A stretch of 64,000 bases of DNA, from assembly GCA_025059745.1 (NCBI GenBank), contig JANXDH010000004.1, positions 533,646 through 597,645 of the forward strand, written 5' to 3'. Both the position numbers and the translations under genes were made by a program. The stretch's first letter is position 1. Each line of letters opens with the position of its first letter. The notes below the pieces were generated by a model. That model saw only the letters and a program-made list of their open reading frames with translations, did no database searches and was not told the DNA's origin. Of the stretch, positions 30,485-39,793 are shown piece after piece. Source of the stretch: Aigarchaeota archaeon. GTDB lineage: Archaea > Thermoproteota > Nitrososphaeria_A > Caldarchaeales > Calditenuaceae.

Positions 30485-30538
30485 ACTGACACCCCATCGA
30501 CCACTCCACGTGATAAAAGTGTCGCGTTTTTATCTCGC

Positions 30539-31270
30539 TTGGTTTATCATGTAACTGGGTACTTGCCGGGACCCGGGTTCAACCTTAGGGCCTTTAAGGA
30601 GGCCGTAGACGAGCAGATGAGTCAGCTGCCTGACCTGAGGTCCTTCTGTGACCGCTGTCTGAGGACAGAGAGGTGGAGGGGGAGCGTGGTGTTGATGGTA
30701 GTGGACGCCTCTTTCACCTCCATCGGCATGAGCTACCTCAGGGCCGTGGTCCCGAGCGTTCTGAACTTCGAGAGGAGGTTCGTGAGGAGCGGTGTGATCG
30801 CATCCCTGAGGGACCTGACCGAGGTGCCGACAAGAGCTCTTAAGGCCGTGTGGAAGAATGAGCGTTCTTGGGCGATCGCCAAGGGCATAGCTGAGACCCT
30901 GACAGGACTCTCATCCGACGATAGGTCTGCGCTCCGAGGGTGGGCCGAGCGGAGTAGCCTCTCAGGTATGCGGGATGATCCGATAGGCCGTCTGAAGGGT
31001 GTAGGGCCGGTCACCTTCCAATACCTGCGCATGATGGGAGGTGTGGACACCGTCATGCCTGATAAGGTCGTCAAGAAGGTCCTCAACGAATTCATTATCA
31101 AGTCTGGAGGTGTGGCCCCAAAGGGTAACGTAGAGTTCGTCGAGACGATAGAGTGGCTGGCCAGGGAGTGTGGTTACAGGCCGGTAGAGCTCTGCTGGAT
31201 GACCTGGTTGCTCACGTCCGATAGGGAAGTACGAGTAAATTATGACACCGCGATACTGGAACGCATCTAG
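30539..31270 (+). CDS. Uncharacterised protein with a helix-hairpin-helix (HhH-GPD-like) motif
   Basis: IGRLKGVGPVTFQYLRMMGGVDTVMPDKVV resembles an HhH motif plus a downstream Asp. Confidence 0.55.
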   Translation: MVYHVTGYLPGPGFNLRAFKEAVDEQMSQLPDLRSFCDRCLRTERWRGSVVLMVVDASFTSIGMSYLRAVVPSVLNFERRFVRSGVIASLRDLTEVPTRALKAVWKNERSWAIAKGIAETLTGLSSDDRSALRGWAERSSLSGMRDDPIGRLKGVGPVTFQYLRMMGGVDTVMPDKVVKKVLNEFIIKSGGVAPKGNVEFVETIEWLARECGYRPVELCWMTWLLTSDREVRVNYDTAILERI

Positions 31271-31344
31271 TTCTCTTGAATCGATCCCTGACCGGTCCCG
31301 CTTAATACAGAGTTAAATGATGGGAAACTCGACGAGGTTACGTA

Positions 31345-32268
31345 ATGAAGACGGCGCTGGAGGAGTACGTGTTCCAGGACTTCACCGTGCTGACCTTGGA
31401 GAGTCCCACTTTTAAGGAACTGGAGGACCTCGGTAGTAGGTTCGGGTTCCACAGGTTAGAGATAGAGGACTGTCTATCTAGGAGACAGCTCTCCAAGATC
31501 GAGCACTACCCTGACCACCTTTTCGTCATACTCCGCTTCCCGGCCATGATAGGCAAAGAGAAGGTCGTCGTCCCAGCTCAACTATCAGCATTTCTGAGGG
31601 ACGATTACCTAGTCATCGTACACGACCCGCGGCTCAGCTCGTTAAAGAACGTCATAGCTGAACTTAAAGGGAAAGAGGGCAAGATAAAATCGCCCAGCTT
31701 CGTCCTCTATAAGATCATAGACAGACTCATCGATGACCTCTTTCCGATATTAGAGAATCTAATGGACGACATAGAGGCGATCGAGGACCTCGTGTTCGAC
31801 GAGAAGCTGGTAGGGGTCAGAGAGGTGTCCACCCTCAGGAGGAGGGTCTCCTCATTGAGGAGGATAGTTTATCAGTTACGAAGGACCTTGGGCGACCTAG
31901 CCGTTGAACTCCAGATGAGGAGCAAGGAGGACCTCTCGGCCTACCTGAGAGACCTCAACGATCACGTAGAGAAAGTCTGGGAAGTGCTTGAGGAGGCAAA
32001 GGAGGTGATAGAGATCTACAAGGACACGGACTTCGTCCTCAGCACCGAGCTCACTAACAAGATCCTAGCCGTCCTTACGGTGATATTCACAGCGACCATA
32101 CCCGCGACACTGGTGGCGTCATTCTACGGCATGAACGTCGATCTCCCGCTGGCCGACTTACGTCTGCCTCTGATAGGGGAGTACAGCGCGTTCGCCATAC
32201 TTGTGGGGGGCTCCCTGACGATAGCCGGCGTCATGATGTACTTCTTTAGAAAAATAAGGTGGCTCTGA
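31345..32268 (+). CDS. corA: CorA-family Mg2+/Co2+ transporter
   Basis: FHRLEIEDCL, YLRDLNDH, YGMN signature, two C-terminal TM helices. Confidence 0.93.
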   Translation: MKTALEEYVFQDFTVLTLESPTFKELEDLGSRFGFHRLEIEDCLSRRQLSKIEHYPDHLFVILRFPAMIGKEKVVVPAQLSAFLRDDYLVIVHDPRLSSLKNVIAELKGKEGKIKSPSFVLYKIIDRLIDDLFPILENLMDDIEAIEDLVFDEKLVGVREVSTLRRRVSSLRRIVYQLRRTLGDLAVELQMRSKEDLSAYLRDLNDHVEKVWEVLEEAKEVIEIYKDTDFVLSTELTNKILAVLTVIFTATIPATLVASFYGMNVDLPLADLRLPLIGEYSAFAILVGGSLTIAGVMMYFFRKIRWL

Positions 32269-32277
32269 GAATCACAT

Positions 32278-33138
32278 TTAAAGATTCAGAGAGGCGTTCG
32301 ATAACGAGCGATAGTCCTCATCCGAGAGTCTCCACCCAGATGCCCCGGCGTTCTCCTCTAGGTGGGGTCTCTTGATGGCCTTCGGTATCGTGATCACGTT
32401 CTCATCATGGACGACCCAGTTCAGTAGTATCTGGACCGGCGTCCTCTGGTACCTCTCGGCGAGTCTCGACACGACCTTATACAATTCGCTCCTCTTGTTA
32501 TTGAGCTGTGCGAGCAGACGGCCCTTTCCCAACGGGCTGTAAGCGGTTACTGTGATCCTTTCGCGAGAGCAGTGTTGTAGGAGGCCGTTCTCGGCCCACC
32601 TCGACAGCAGGCTATACTCGACCTGATTGGCGACCACCTCGGTCACCGAGAGGTACGACCGCGCCTGCTCTACCTCATCGATTGAGAAATTGCTCACACC
32701 GATGTGTCTGATCTTACCGTCTCTGTAAAGCTTTTCCAGGGCCTTCATCGTGTCCCTGAGCGGTACCTCCCTGTTCGGCCAGTGTATCATATAGAGGTCT
32801 ACGTACTTCATTCCGAGCCTCCTAAGAGTTGCATCACACGATCTTATCACGTCATCGTATCTGAGGTTGGTGGGCCATACCTTGCTGGCCACGAACACCT
32901 GATCACGCGGGTACTGCCTGAGGGCCTCGCCGACCAACTCCTCTGCGTGCCCCGCAGCGTACATCTCTGCAGTATCTATGTGCGTCATCCCTAACTCGAC
33001 AGCATACTTGATTGCATTGATAGCATCTAGGTCGTGGGAGTAGTCGGGTATAGACCTGCCACCGATCTCCCAGGTCCCTAATCCTATCTCGGGGATATAC
33101 TCGTCTGTGGACCCGAGTCTCTTTTTAATAATCGACAT
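32278..33138 (-). CDS. Aldo/keto reductase
   Basis: GLGTW, IDTAEMY, SKVW, DLYMIHWP, IGVSNF, NQVEYS, AYSPL, IPKA. Confidence 0.93.
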   Translation of the reverse strand: MSIIKKRLGSTDEYIPEIGLGTWEIGGRSIPDYSHDLDAINAIKYAVELGMTHIDTAEMYAAGHAEELVGEALRQYPRDQVFVASKVWPTNLRYDDVIRSCDATLRRLGMKYVDLYMIHWPNREVPLRDTMKALEKLYRDGKIRHIGVSNFSIDEVEQARSYLSVTEVVANQVEYSLLSRWAENGLLQHCSRERITVTAYSPLGKGRLLAQLNNKRSELYKVVSRLAERYQRTPVQILLNWVVHDENVITIPKAIKRPHLEENAGASGWRLSDEDYRSLSNASLNL

Positions 33139-33263
33139 CTGGTTGATACGTGTTAAAGGACATTTTTTAATTTTTTCCCTCTTTTACGCACGCCCTCCGA
33201 GGACCCTCGAGATCATCGAGGTAGCCCCCAGTGCTAGCGCCCGTGACCGGCGACTCCGTTTTA

Positions 33264-33301
33264 TCACGAAAAATTAGGAGCGTCCTAATATTTAGTCGTG
33301 A
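33264..33301. promoter_or_regulatory. Inverted repeat (possible operator or hairpin) in a 320-bp divergent intergenic region
   Basis: ATTAGGA-gcg-TCCTAAT (33273-33289), flanked by TCACGA/TCGTGA (33264-33269 and 33296-33301). Confidence 0.4.
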
Positions 33302-33457
33302 CGCTGTAAGGTAATCATAACACTCCTTGTGCACAGATCTAATCAATAGACGCGAGCAAGCCCTCGAGCGATCAACTAAGAGCCAACGAGATCGAGTCAG
33401 TTCATCACAAACAAATTTTTTAGGCGCTCCCCCCTCCTTACCATTAGATACCCGCAT

Positions 33458-34456
33458 ATGGCAGGCGTTATCGAGACCGTCAATTTAGTCAAACGATTCG
33501 GTGATGTGGTGGCTGTCGACGACGTTAGCATAAGCGTTGAGGACGGTGAGCTCTTCGGTTTCCTCGGACCTAACGGGGCGGGGAAGACCACCACCATCAA
33601 TATACTCACCACCCTAATGCGTCCAACATCAGGTAGGGCTGTGGTGGGAGGTTACGACGTGGTAGAGAACCCCAACGAGGTGAGGAGGATCGTTGGGGTA
33701 GTGCCTCAGGAGTTGACGGTCGATGAGGATCTGACTGGATGGGAGAACCTGATGCTCCAAGGCGGGCTGTATCACCTGTCGAGCGCCGCTCGGAGGCAAA
33801 GGGCCGAGGAACTGCTCGAGCTCGTGGGCCTCTCAGACGCAAAACATAGGAGGGTGGAGACCTACTCGGGGGGCATGCAGAAGAGGTTGGAGCTGGCATG
33901 CGGACTTATGCATCGACCAAAAGTGTTGTTCCTCGATGAACCTACATTAGGGCTCGACGTCCATACGCGCTCGGCCATATGGGAGTACATAAGGAGGTTG
34001 AGGGACGAGCTGAACATAACTATATTCTTAACCACTCATTACCTTGAGGAGGCCGACGCGCTCTGCAACAGGGTGGCTATAATAGACAAGGGGAGGGTTA
34101 TGGTGACCGGTACGCCGAGCGAGCTGAAGGTGAGAGTAGGGGGTGACATAATAGAACTCGAGACGTTCAACGGTCACGAGGGTCTGGTCCACGCTCTGAA
34201 GGAGATAGACGGGGTGAAGAGGGTGATTAGCAGAGATAGGGCGTACCATCTGACCGTTGAGAGGGGAGAGGAGGTGTTGCCGACCATCCTGGAGGCGTTC
34301 GTCAGGTTGGGCGTCAAGGTAACAAAAGTCACGATGAAGAGGCCGACGTTGGACGAGGTATTCTTAGAATACACTGGTAGGCAGCTGAGACAGGAGAGCT
34401 CGGACTGGGAGGACAAACTCAAGAGCAGGTTCACCATCAGGAGGATTAGATCTTGA
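33458..34456 (+). CDS. ABC-2 exporter ATP-binding protein (DrrA-like)
   Basis: GPNGAGKTT, YSGGM, LDEPTLGLD, TTHYLEEAD, PTLDEVFL tail. Confidence 0.93.
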   Translation: MAGVIETVNLVKRFGDVVAVDDVSISVEDGELFGFLGPNGAGKTTTINILTTLMRPTSGRAVVGGYDVVENPNEVRRIVGVVPQELTVDEDLTGWENLMLQGGLYHLSSAARRQRAEELLELVGLSDAKHRRVETYSGGMQKRLELACGLMHRPKVLFLDEPTLGLDVHTRSAIWEYIRRLRDELNITIFLTTHYLEEADALCNRVAIIDKGRVMVTGTPSELKVRVGGDIIELETFNGHEGLVHALKEIDGVKRVISRDRAYHLTVERGEEVLPTILEAFVRLGVKVTKVTMKRPTLDEVFLEYTGRQLRQESSDWEDKLKSRFTIRRIRS

Positions 34457-34493
34457 AGACGGCATATGGTCGTCTAGCGGGTGAGGCAGTCTC

Positions 34494-35351
34494 ATGAGTA
34501 CTCGGTTGCGTGACTTGATCTCTATCACCAAGCCAAAGATCGCGCTGTTGAACCTGATGACCTGCCTCACCTGCTACTTCGCTGGTAGCGGCCCTATCGT
34601 CGGCGCACTACCGCTCTTTATCTCGGGATACTTGGCCGCTGGTGGATCTGCAGTCCTCAACAATTATCTCGATAAGGAGTTGGACTCAAAGATGCGTAGG
34701 ACAGTCAAAAGACCAATTCCCTCTGGAAGGTTAAACCCCTTCCTTACGCTGGTCATGGGTTTACTGATGCTCATCGCATCTCTGGTGATCTCCGCCTACA
34801 CCCTTAACCCGTTAACGTCTCTACTCATGCTCTCAGGAGCCCTGTTCTACGTGATCGTCTACACCCTCGTCCTGAAGAGGAGGACGTATTGGAACATCGT
34901 CATAGGTGGGGCCGCGGGTAGCTTTCCACCATTGGCGGGGTGGGCCGCTGCCACAGGTACGGTAGCCGCAGTACCGGCGTTGCTCGCGGTCTTAATTTTC
35001 CTCTGGACCCCAGGACACTTCTGGGCGCTCTCGATAAGGGCTGTGGATGATTACAGGGCCGCGGGTATACCGATGCTCCCAGCTGTAGTGGGCGTTGAGA
35101 GGGCCTCTGAGGTCACCGGAGCCTCCAACCTCTCTATGCTGCCGCTGTGGGGACTCTGCACCTTCCTCGTTCCCAACCCCGTGCTATACCTCTTGGTCTC
35201 TGCCCCTCTGACATTCGTCCTCTCGTTCTACAGTCTGAGGCTGATGTCGTCACACGATCCGGGAATCGCTTGGAAGTTGTTCAAGTACTCGAGCCCATGG
35301 TTGATGTCGGTCTGTATAGCAGTCCTGGTATCCTATTTGATCGTCCCATGA
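34494..35351 (+). CDS. ctaB: Protoheme IX farnesyltransferase (heme O synthase)
   Basis: TKPKI, MRRTVKRPIPSG, LKRRTYWNIVIGGAAGSFPPLAGWAA, WTPGHFWAL, DYRAAGIPMLP. Confidence 0.93.
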   Translation: MSTRLRDLISITKPKIALLNLMTCLTCYFAGSGPIVGALPLFISGYLAAGGSAVLNNYLDKELDSKMRRTVKRPIPSGRLNPFLTLVMGLLMLIASLVISAYTLNPLTSLLMLSGALFYVIVYTLVLKRRTYWNIVIGGAAGSFPPLAGWAAATGTVAAVPALLAVLIFLWTPGHFWALSIRAVDDYRAAGIPMLPAVVGVERASEVTGASNLSMLPLWGLCTFLVPNPVLYLLVSAPLTFVLSFYSLRLMSSHDPGIAWKLFKYSSPWLMSVCIAVLVSYLIVP

Positions 35352-35412
35352 GATCTTTTGGTGCGTACATCAATCAAGGATTTATACGACGTCCACGACC
35401 GGGGTTGTCAGA

Positions 35413-36282
35413 TTGAGGGAAGTACTGAGCGAGATATCGGCCCTTACGATGAGGGAATTGAAGCACTGGTACAGGTCACCGTTCCTGCTCGTCATGACCT
35501 TCGTTCAGCCCGTGTTATGGATGGGCCTCTTCGGGAAGGCCATGAACTTGACTGGGATCCTGAGAGTCCCCGAGGAGGTCCTCGCGCAGCTTCCCCCTTA
35601 CATCTCATCAGAGATCTCAGCGGTCTTCAACAAGGTCATCTCCAACGTATTCGGTACTCCCCACGCTGACTACTTCACGTTCATGTCAGTGGGGATGCCC
35701 ATAATAGTCATACTCTTTACGTCCATGTCGAGCGGTATCTCGATCTCGTGGGACAGGCGTCTCGGGTTCCTAAACAAACTACTGGTCGCGCCTGTGAGGA
35801 GGGGGTCTATAATACTCGCAAAGGTCCTCTCAGGTGTGATAAGGTCAGGTGTTCAGGCCGCGTTGGTGTTATTGGTCGCTGTGGCCTTCGGCGCTAAGTA
35901 CGTTACGCCCCATCCGCTGATGATACTCGTCTTGATCGGTGCGATACTGCTGTTGGCCCTCGGTATCTCGTCACTCTTCATCCTTCTAGGCATCAGACTG
36001 AAGTCCTGGGAGTCCCAGATGACTCTCATGAACCTTCTTACCTTGCCCTTAATGTTCGCGAGCAACGTTTTCTATCCCCTCGATATAATGCCCCAGTGGT
36101 TGCAGGTCGTTGCGCAGCTCAACCCGCTGACTTACGCTGTCGACCTCCTACGCCAGCTTCTAGTCACTGGTTCATACGAGAACTACCTCTTCTTCGGAGA
36201 GCTTGGTGGACTCGTCCTGTTCACGTTATCTGTGACGTTCCTTAGCGTACTATTTGCTGAGAGGGGCTTGAGACGAGATTAG
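35413..36282 (+). CDS. ABC-2 exporter permease (DrrB-like)
   Basis: QPVLWM, WDRRLGFLNKLLVAPV, PLMFASNVFYP..MP.WL, NPLTYAVD. Confidence 0.9.
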   Translation: MREVLSEISALTMRELKHWYRSPFLLVMTFVQPVLWMGLFGKAMNLTGILRVPEEVLAQLPPYISSEISAVFNKVISNVFGTPHADYFTFMSVGMPIIVILFTSMSSGISISWDRRLGFLNKLLVAPVRRGSIILAKVLSGVIRSGVQAALVLLVAVAFGAKYVTPHPLMILVLIGAILLLALGISSLFILLGIRLKSWESQMTLMNLLTLPLMFASNVFYPLDIMPQWLQVVAQLNPLTYAVDLLRQLLVTGSYENYLFFGELGGLVLFTLSVTFLSVLFAERGLRRD

Positions 36283-36352
36283 CGTTTAAGAAAGTGGCCG
36301 GTCTATCGACGTACAAAAGATTTATAACTGTTAATAAGTAAACAATCAATGA

Positions 36353-37090
36353 TTGACGCTTACAATGCTTGAGGGCACGGGCATCACTAAAAGGTTCGGT
36401 GGCCTCATCGCTCTCAACAACGTTGATTTTCGTATAGATGAAGAGGAGATATTGGCACTGATAGGACCTAACGGATCCGGCAAAACCACCCTCTTCAACG
36501 TAATTACCGGTCTGATAAAACCTGATAAAGGCCGTGTAACATTCAACGGCAGCGATATAACCCACAAGCCGCCGCACGAGATCGCTAAGTCCGGTATAGC
36601 GCGTACGTTCCAGATAGTGAGACCTTTCAAGAACCTGAGCGTGAGGGAGAACGTGGCAATAGCCGCGATGCACGGAAAGGAACCATTGGACATGAGGAGG
36701 GCTCTCAAGAGGGCCGAGGAACTGTTGAGAGTGGTGGGGCTGGAGGACAGGATTTATTCTACGGCCAACTCTTTAACCCTCATGGAGATGAAGAGGATGG
36801 AGGTCGCAAGGGCCCTCGCTCTGTCCCCCCGAATCCTACTCTTGGACGAACCAATGGCCGGATTGAGACCAAGTGAGATAGATCAGGCGAACCAACTCAT
36901 AAATCATATAAGGGCCGAGCTGGGAGTGAGCGTCTTTTTAGTCGAACACGTGATGAAAGTAGTCGTCTCAGTAGCGGACAGGGTTATGGTCTTAAATTAC
37001 GGAGAAAAGATCGCCGAGGGGACACCGACTCAAGTCATGAACGAGACCAAGGTCATAGAAGCGTACCTGGGGGCCCGTGAGATGAGATGA
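36353..37090 (+). CDS. livG: Branched-chain amino acid ABC transporter ATPase
   Basis: FGGLIAL, GPNGSGKTT, ARTFQ, LLDEPMAG, VEH, VIEAYLG. Confidence 0.9.
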   Translation: MTLTMLEGTGITKRFGGLIALNNVDFRIDEEEILALIGPNGSGKTTLFNVITGLIKPDKGRVTFNGSDITHKPPHEIAKSGIARTFQIVRPFKNLSVRENVAIAAMHGKEPLDMRRALKRAEELLRVVGLEDRIYSTANSLTLMEMKRMEVARALALSPRILLLDEPMAGLRPSEIDQANQLINHIRAELGVSVFLVEHVMKVVVSVADRVMVLNYGEKIAEGTPTQVMNETKVIEAYLGAREMR

Positions 37091-37803
37091 TGCTAGGCGT
37101 CGACAACGTAGTTGCAGGATACGGTGAGGTAACCGTTCTCAAAGGAATTAATTTGACGGTGAGAAAAGGAGAGATAGTGTCGCTATTAGGAGCTAATGGT
37201 GCGGGGAAGACAACGACTTTAAAGGTCATCTCCGGACTACTCCAACCGAAAGGTGGCCGCGTTTCGTTCAACGGTCATGATATAACGACGGCGAGGACCA
37301 ATGAGCGGGTAAAGATGGGAATAATATTGGTCCCGGAAGGCAGGCAACTCTTTCCGAGGATGACGGTGCTGGAGAACCTAGAACTCGGTGCCTACACTAA
37401 AAAGGCTAGGACGAGAATTAAGGAGACGCTTCATCGCGTCTATGAACTGTTCCCAATCCTTAAGGAGAGGAAGTTTCAACTCGCTGGGACTTTGAGCGGA
37501 GGCGAGCAACAGATGTTGGCTATTGGACGAGGTCTCATGGCCCTACCCGAACTACTCCTGTTAGATGAACCATCGTTAGGCCTCGCGCCAAAGATCGTTA
37601 AGCTCGTGATGGACGCAATAGACAGAATAAACAAGGTGGACGGCATCACGGTCCTTTTAATTGAACAGAACGTCTATAGGTCTCTTCAGATTTCTGATAG
37701 GGCATACATAATCGAGAACGGTATGATAACCTTGGAGGGATCCGGTCAAGAACTTCTGAACGAACCGAGGGTTAGGTCGGCGTACCTCGGTCTGTCAGCC
37801 TAG
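37087..37803 (+). CDS. livF: Branched-chain amino acid ABC transporter ATPase
   Basis: GANGAGKTT, VPEGR, LSGGEQQMLAIGRGLM, LDEPSLGLAP, EQN. Confidence 0.92.
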   Translation: MMLGVDNVVAGYGEVTVLKGINLTVRKGEIVSLLGANGAGKTTTLKVISGLLQPKGGRVSFNGHDITTARTNERVKMGIILVPEGRQLFPRMTVLENLELGAYTKKARTRIKETLHRVYELFPILKERKFQLAGTLSGGEQQMLAIGRGLMALPELLLLDEPSLGLAPKIVKLVMDAIDRINKVDGITVLLIEQNVYRSLQISDRAYIIENGMITLEGSGQELLNEPRVRSAYLGLSA

Positions 37804-38730
37804 AGGTCTTACTAGTCTCTTCACCAGGTCCTTGGTATGCCCAATGAGTCCCTCTGGCATAAACCTGACGACTAGGATAATAATTATAGAGAAGAAGAGT
37901 AGCCGCATGTTCGCTAGAGTCGCGACGCTCTGACCGATCAGCGTGTAGACGACTGCACCAAGTATAGGTCCCAGGAAGGTCCCGAACCCACCAAGGATCG
38001 CCATGAATACGGGTCCTATTCCCCACTCCAAGTGGAATGTCGAGTGGGGTTCTATGTACGTCTGATAGCTAGTATAGACACCCCCTCCTATTCCGAATAT
38101 TACTGCGCTTATCACTAATGCGAGAATTTTGTAGGGCAGGATCCTTATGCCCAGTACGCTGGCAGCTGTCTCATCCTCCCTTATGGCGTTAAGGGTCAGC
38201 CCCAACTTTGATCTGTGTACGAAGAGAGCAACGAGGGCGGTGACTAAGCAGTAAGCTAAGGCCGTGTAATAGAAGGGCTCTAACACGAAGACCGTTGGTA
38301 TTGGAAGGTAAAGGCCGACTCCTCCACCTACTGCATCCCAGTTTAAGAAGACCTGTTTGGTGACCTCGTTCAGGAAGAGTGTACCTATTGCGAAGTATAT
38401 GCCTCTGAGTCTGAAGGTCGGTATCAGTAGTAAGGCTGAGATTCCAGCGAGCATACCGCCCAGCATAATTCCAGATATCGGAGGATGCCCGCTCAACCAT
38501 ACGACCGCGGTAGTGTAGGAGCCTATACCGAAGAAGACCGCGTGTCCAAGACTCACCTGACCCGTTAACCCGCCTATTATGTTCCACCCGGTCGATAGGC
38601 CTATGAATATGAACATGATGAAGAGCATGTATATCACGTAGGAGTTCTTTACGACGAGAGGTAGTAGCCCGAGCGCTATAGTTGCAATGATGAAAAGGTA
38701 TAGCGAGCGGTTCTTAAATATCGACATCAT
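37795..38730 (-). CDS. livM: Branched-chain amino acid ABC transporter permease
   Basis: WNIIGGLTGQVSLGHAVFFGIG, RLRGIYFAIGT, AIREDE, PEGL. Confidence 0.9.
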   Translation of the reverse strand: MMSIFKNRSLYLFIIATIALGLLPLVVKNSYVIYMLFIMFIFIGLSTGWNIIGGLTGQVSLGHAVFFGIGSYTTAVVWLSGHPPISGIMLGGMLAGISALLLIPTFRLRGIYFAIGTLFLNEVTKQVFLNWDAVGGGVGLYLPIPTVFVLEPFYYTALAYCLVTALVALFVHRSKLGLTLNAIREDETAASVLGIRILPYKILALVISAVIFGIGGGVYTSYQTYIEPHSTFHLEWGIGPVFMAILGGFGTFLGPILGAVVYTLIGQSVATLANMRLLFFSIIIILVVRFMPEGLIGHTKDLVKRLVRPLG

Positions 38731-39695
38731 CTCTCACCGAAGAGACCCGACGGTCTCAAGATGAGGACTAACAAAAACGTTAAGAGCGCTACCGCGTTTA
38801 TGAACCCGCTACCTACTATGTAGCCGACATAGGTCTCTATGAGACCGAGTATCAAACCCCCAACCAGGGCGCCCGCCACACTCCCTATTCCACCGAGAAC
38901 TATGATGGCAATCGTCTTACTCGTCAACACGGGGCCATCTAACGGACTAACGCTAAAGACCATACCTAACATTGTACCTGCTATCGCTGCGAGACCAACG
39001 CCCAGAGAATAGGCTAATACGTTGACTATAGAGACGTTTATCCCCATCAACGCAGCCGCCTCCCGATTCTGGGAGATGGCGCGCAACCCCTTCCCTATCA
39101 TGGTCTTCTCAATAAAGGCCTTTACCAATAGGATGAGGACTATCGCCAGAATGAACGAGACGAACCGGGCCAGCTGAATTGATACTCCCTCAACCTGCAC
39201 TGTCGAGTCTATCAAAGGACTCCTGATAATTCTTACGTCTGCAGTCCACGCTAATATCATAAGGTTCTGGAGCGCAAGCGCTATCGCAAAAGCTAAAAAG
39301 ACGGGAGGGTTCAGACCATATCTCATGGCGCTATTGAAGAGGGTGCTTTGGAAGAATACTCCAATAACGAACAACACTACGAATGATATCGGCAACACGA
39401 ACAACGGATCTGTTCGGAGGAACGTCGATATCCAGAGCGAGATGAAACCGCCCAACATCATCAGCTCTCCGTGAGCTAGATTGATTATCTTCATCACCCC
39501 GAAAATTATCGTTAGACCAGTTGCCGCGAGACCATAAATCCCGCCCAACATCAATCCGGACGTTACGAGCTGAGCAAAAAGAAGAGAGGTGTTATTCATG
39601 ACGTAAACTACGTAGTAGTAAGCTATCGCCGAGGAGATCACGAAGGCCAATATCAGGGCGGCGATCAGTTGAAAGTTAGGCCTCGCAATAGACAA
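38727..39695 (-). CDS. livH: Branched-chain amino acid ABC transporter permease
   Basis: GLTIIFGVMKIINLAHGE, RAISQNREAAALMGI, VLGGIGS, RPSGLFG. Confidence 0.9.
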   Translation of the reverse strand: MSIARPNFQLIAALILAFVISSAIAYYYVVYVMNNTSLLFAQLVTSGLMLGGIYGLAATGLTIIFGVMKIINLAHGELMMLGGFISLWISTFLRTDPLFVLPISFVVLFVIGVFFQSTLFNSAMRYGLNPPVFLAFAIALALQNLMILAWTADVRIIRSPLIDSTVQVEGVSIQLARFVSFILAIVLILLVKAFIEKTMIGKGLRAISQNREAAALMGINVSIVNVLAYSLGVGLAAIAGTMLGMVFSVSPLDGPVLTSKTIAIIVLGGIGSVAGALVGGLILGLIETYVGYIVGSGFINAVALLTFLLVLILRPSGLFGER

Positions 39696-39793
39696 GCAGA
39701 ATCACCCACGTGAGCTATTCGGTATTGACGCTCATAATCGTAAGTACCATCAGCAAAAATTATTCGTCAATTTCCGCGGGATGGCTCATAGGT

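Noticed and set aside
33167-33457. 96-aa minus-strand ORF in the long intergenic gap
   Set aside because: Atypical composition, no motif, and it starts head-to-head with the ABC ATPase start, leaving no promoter space.
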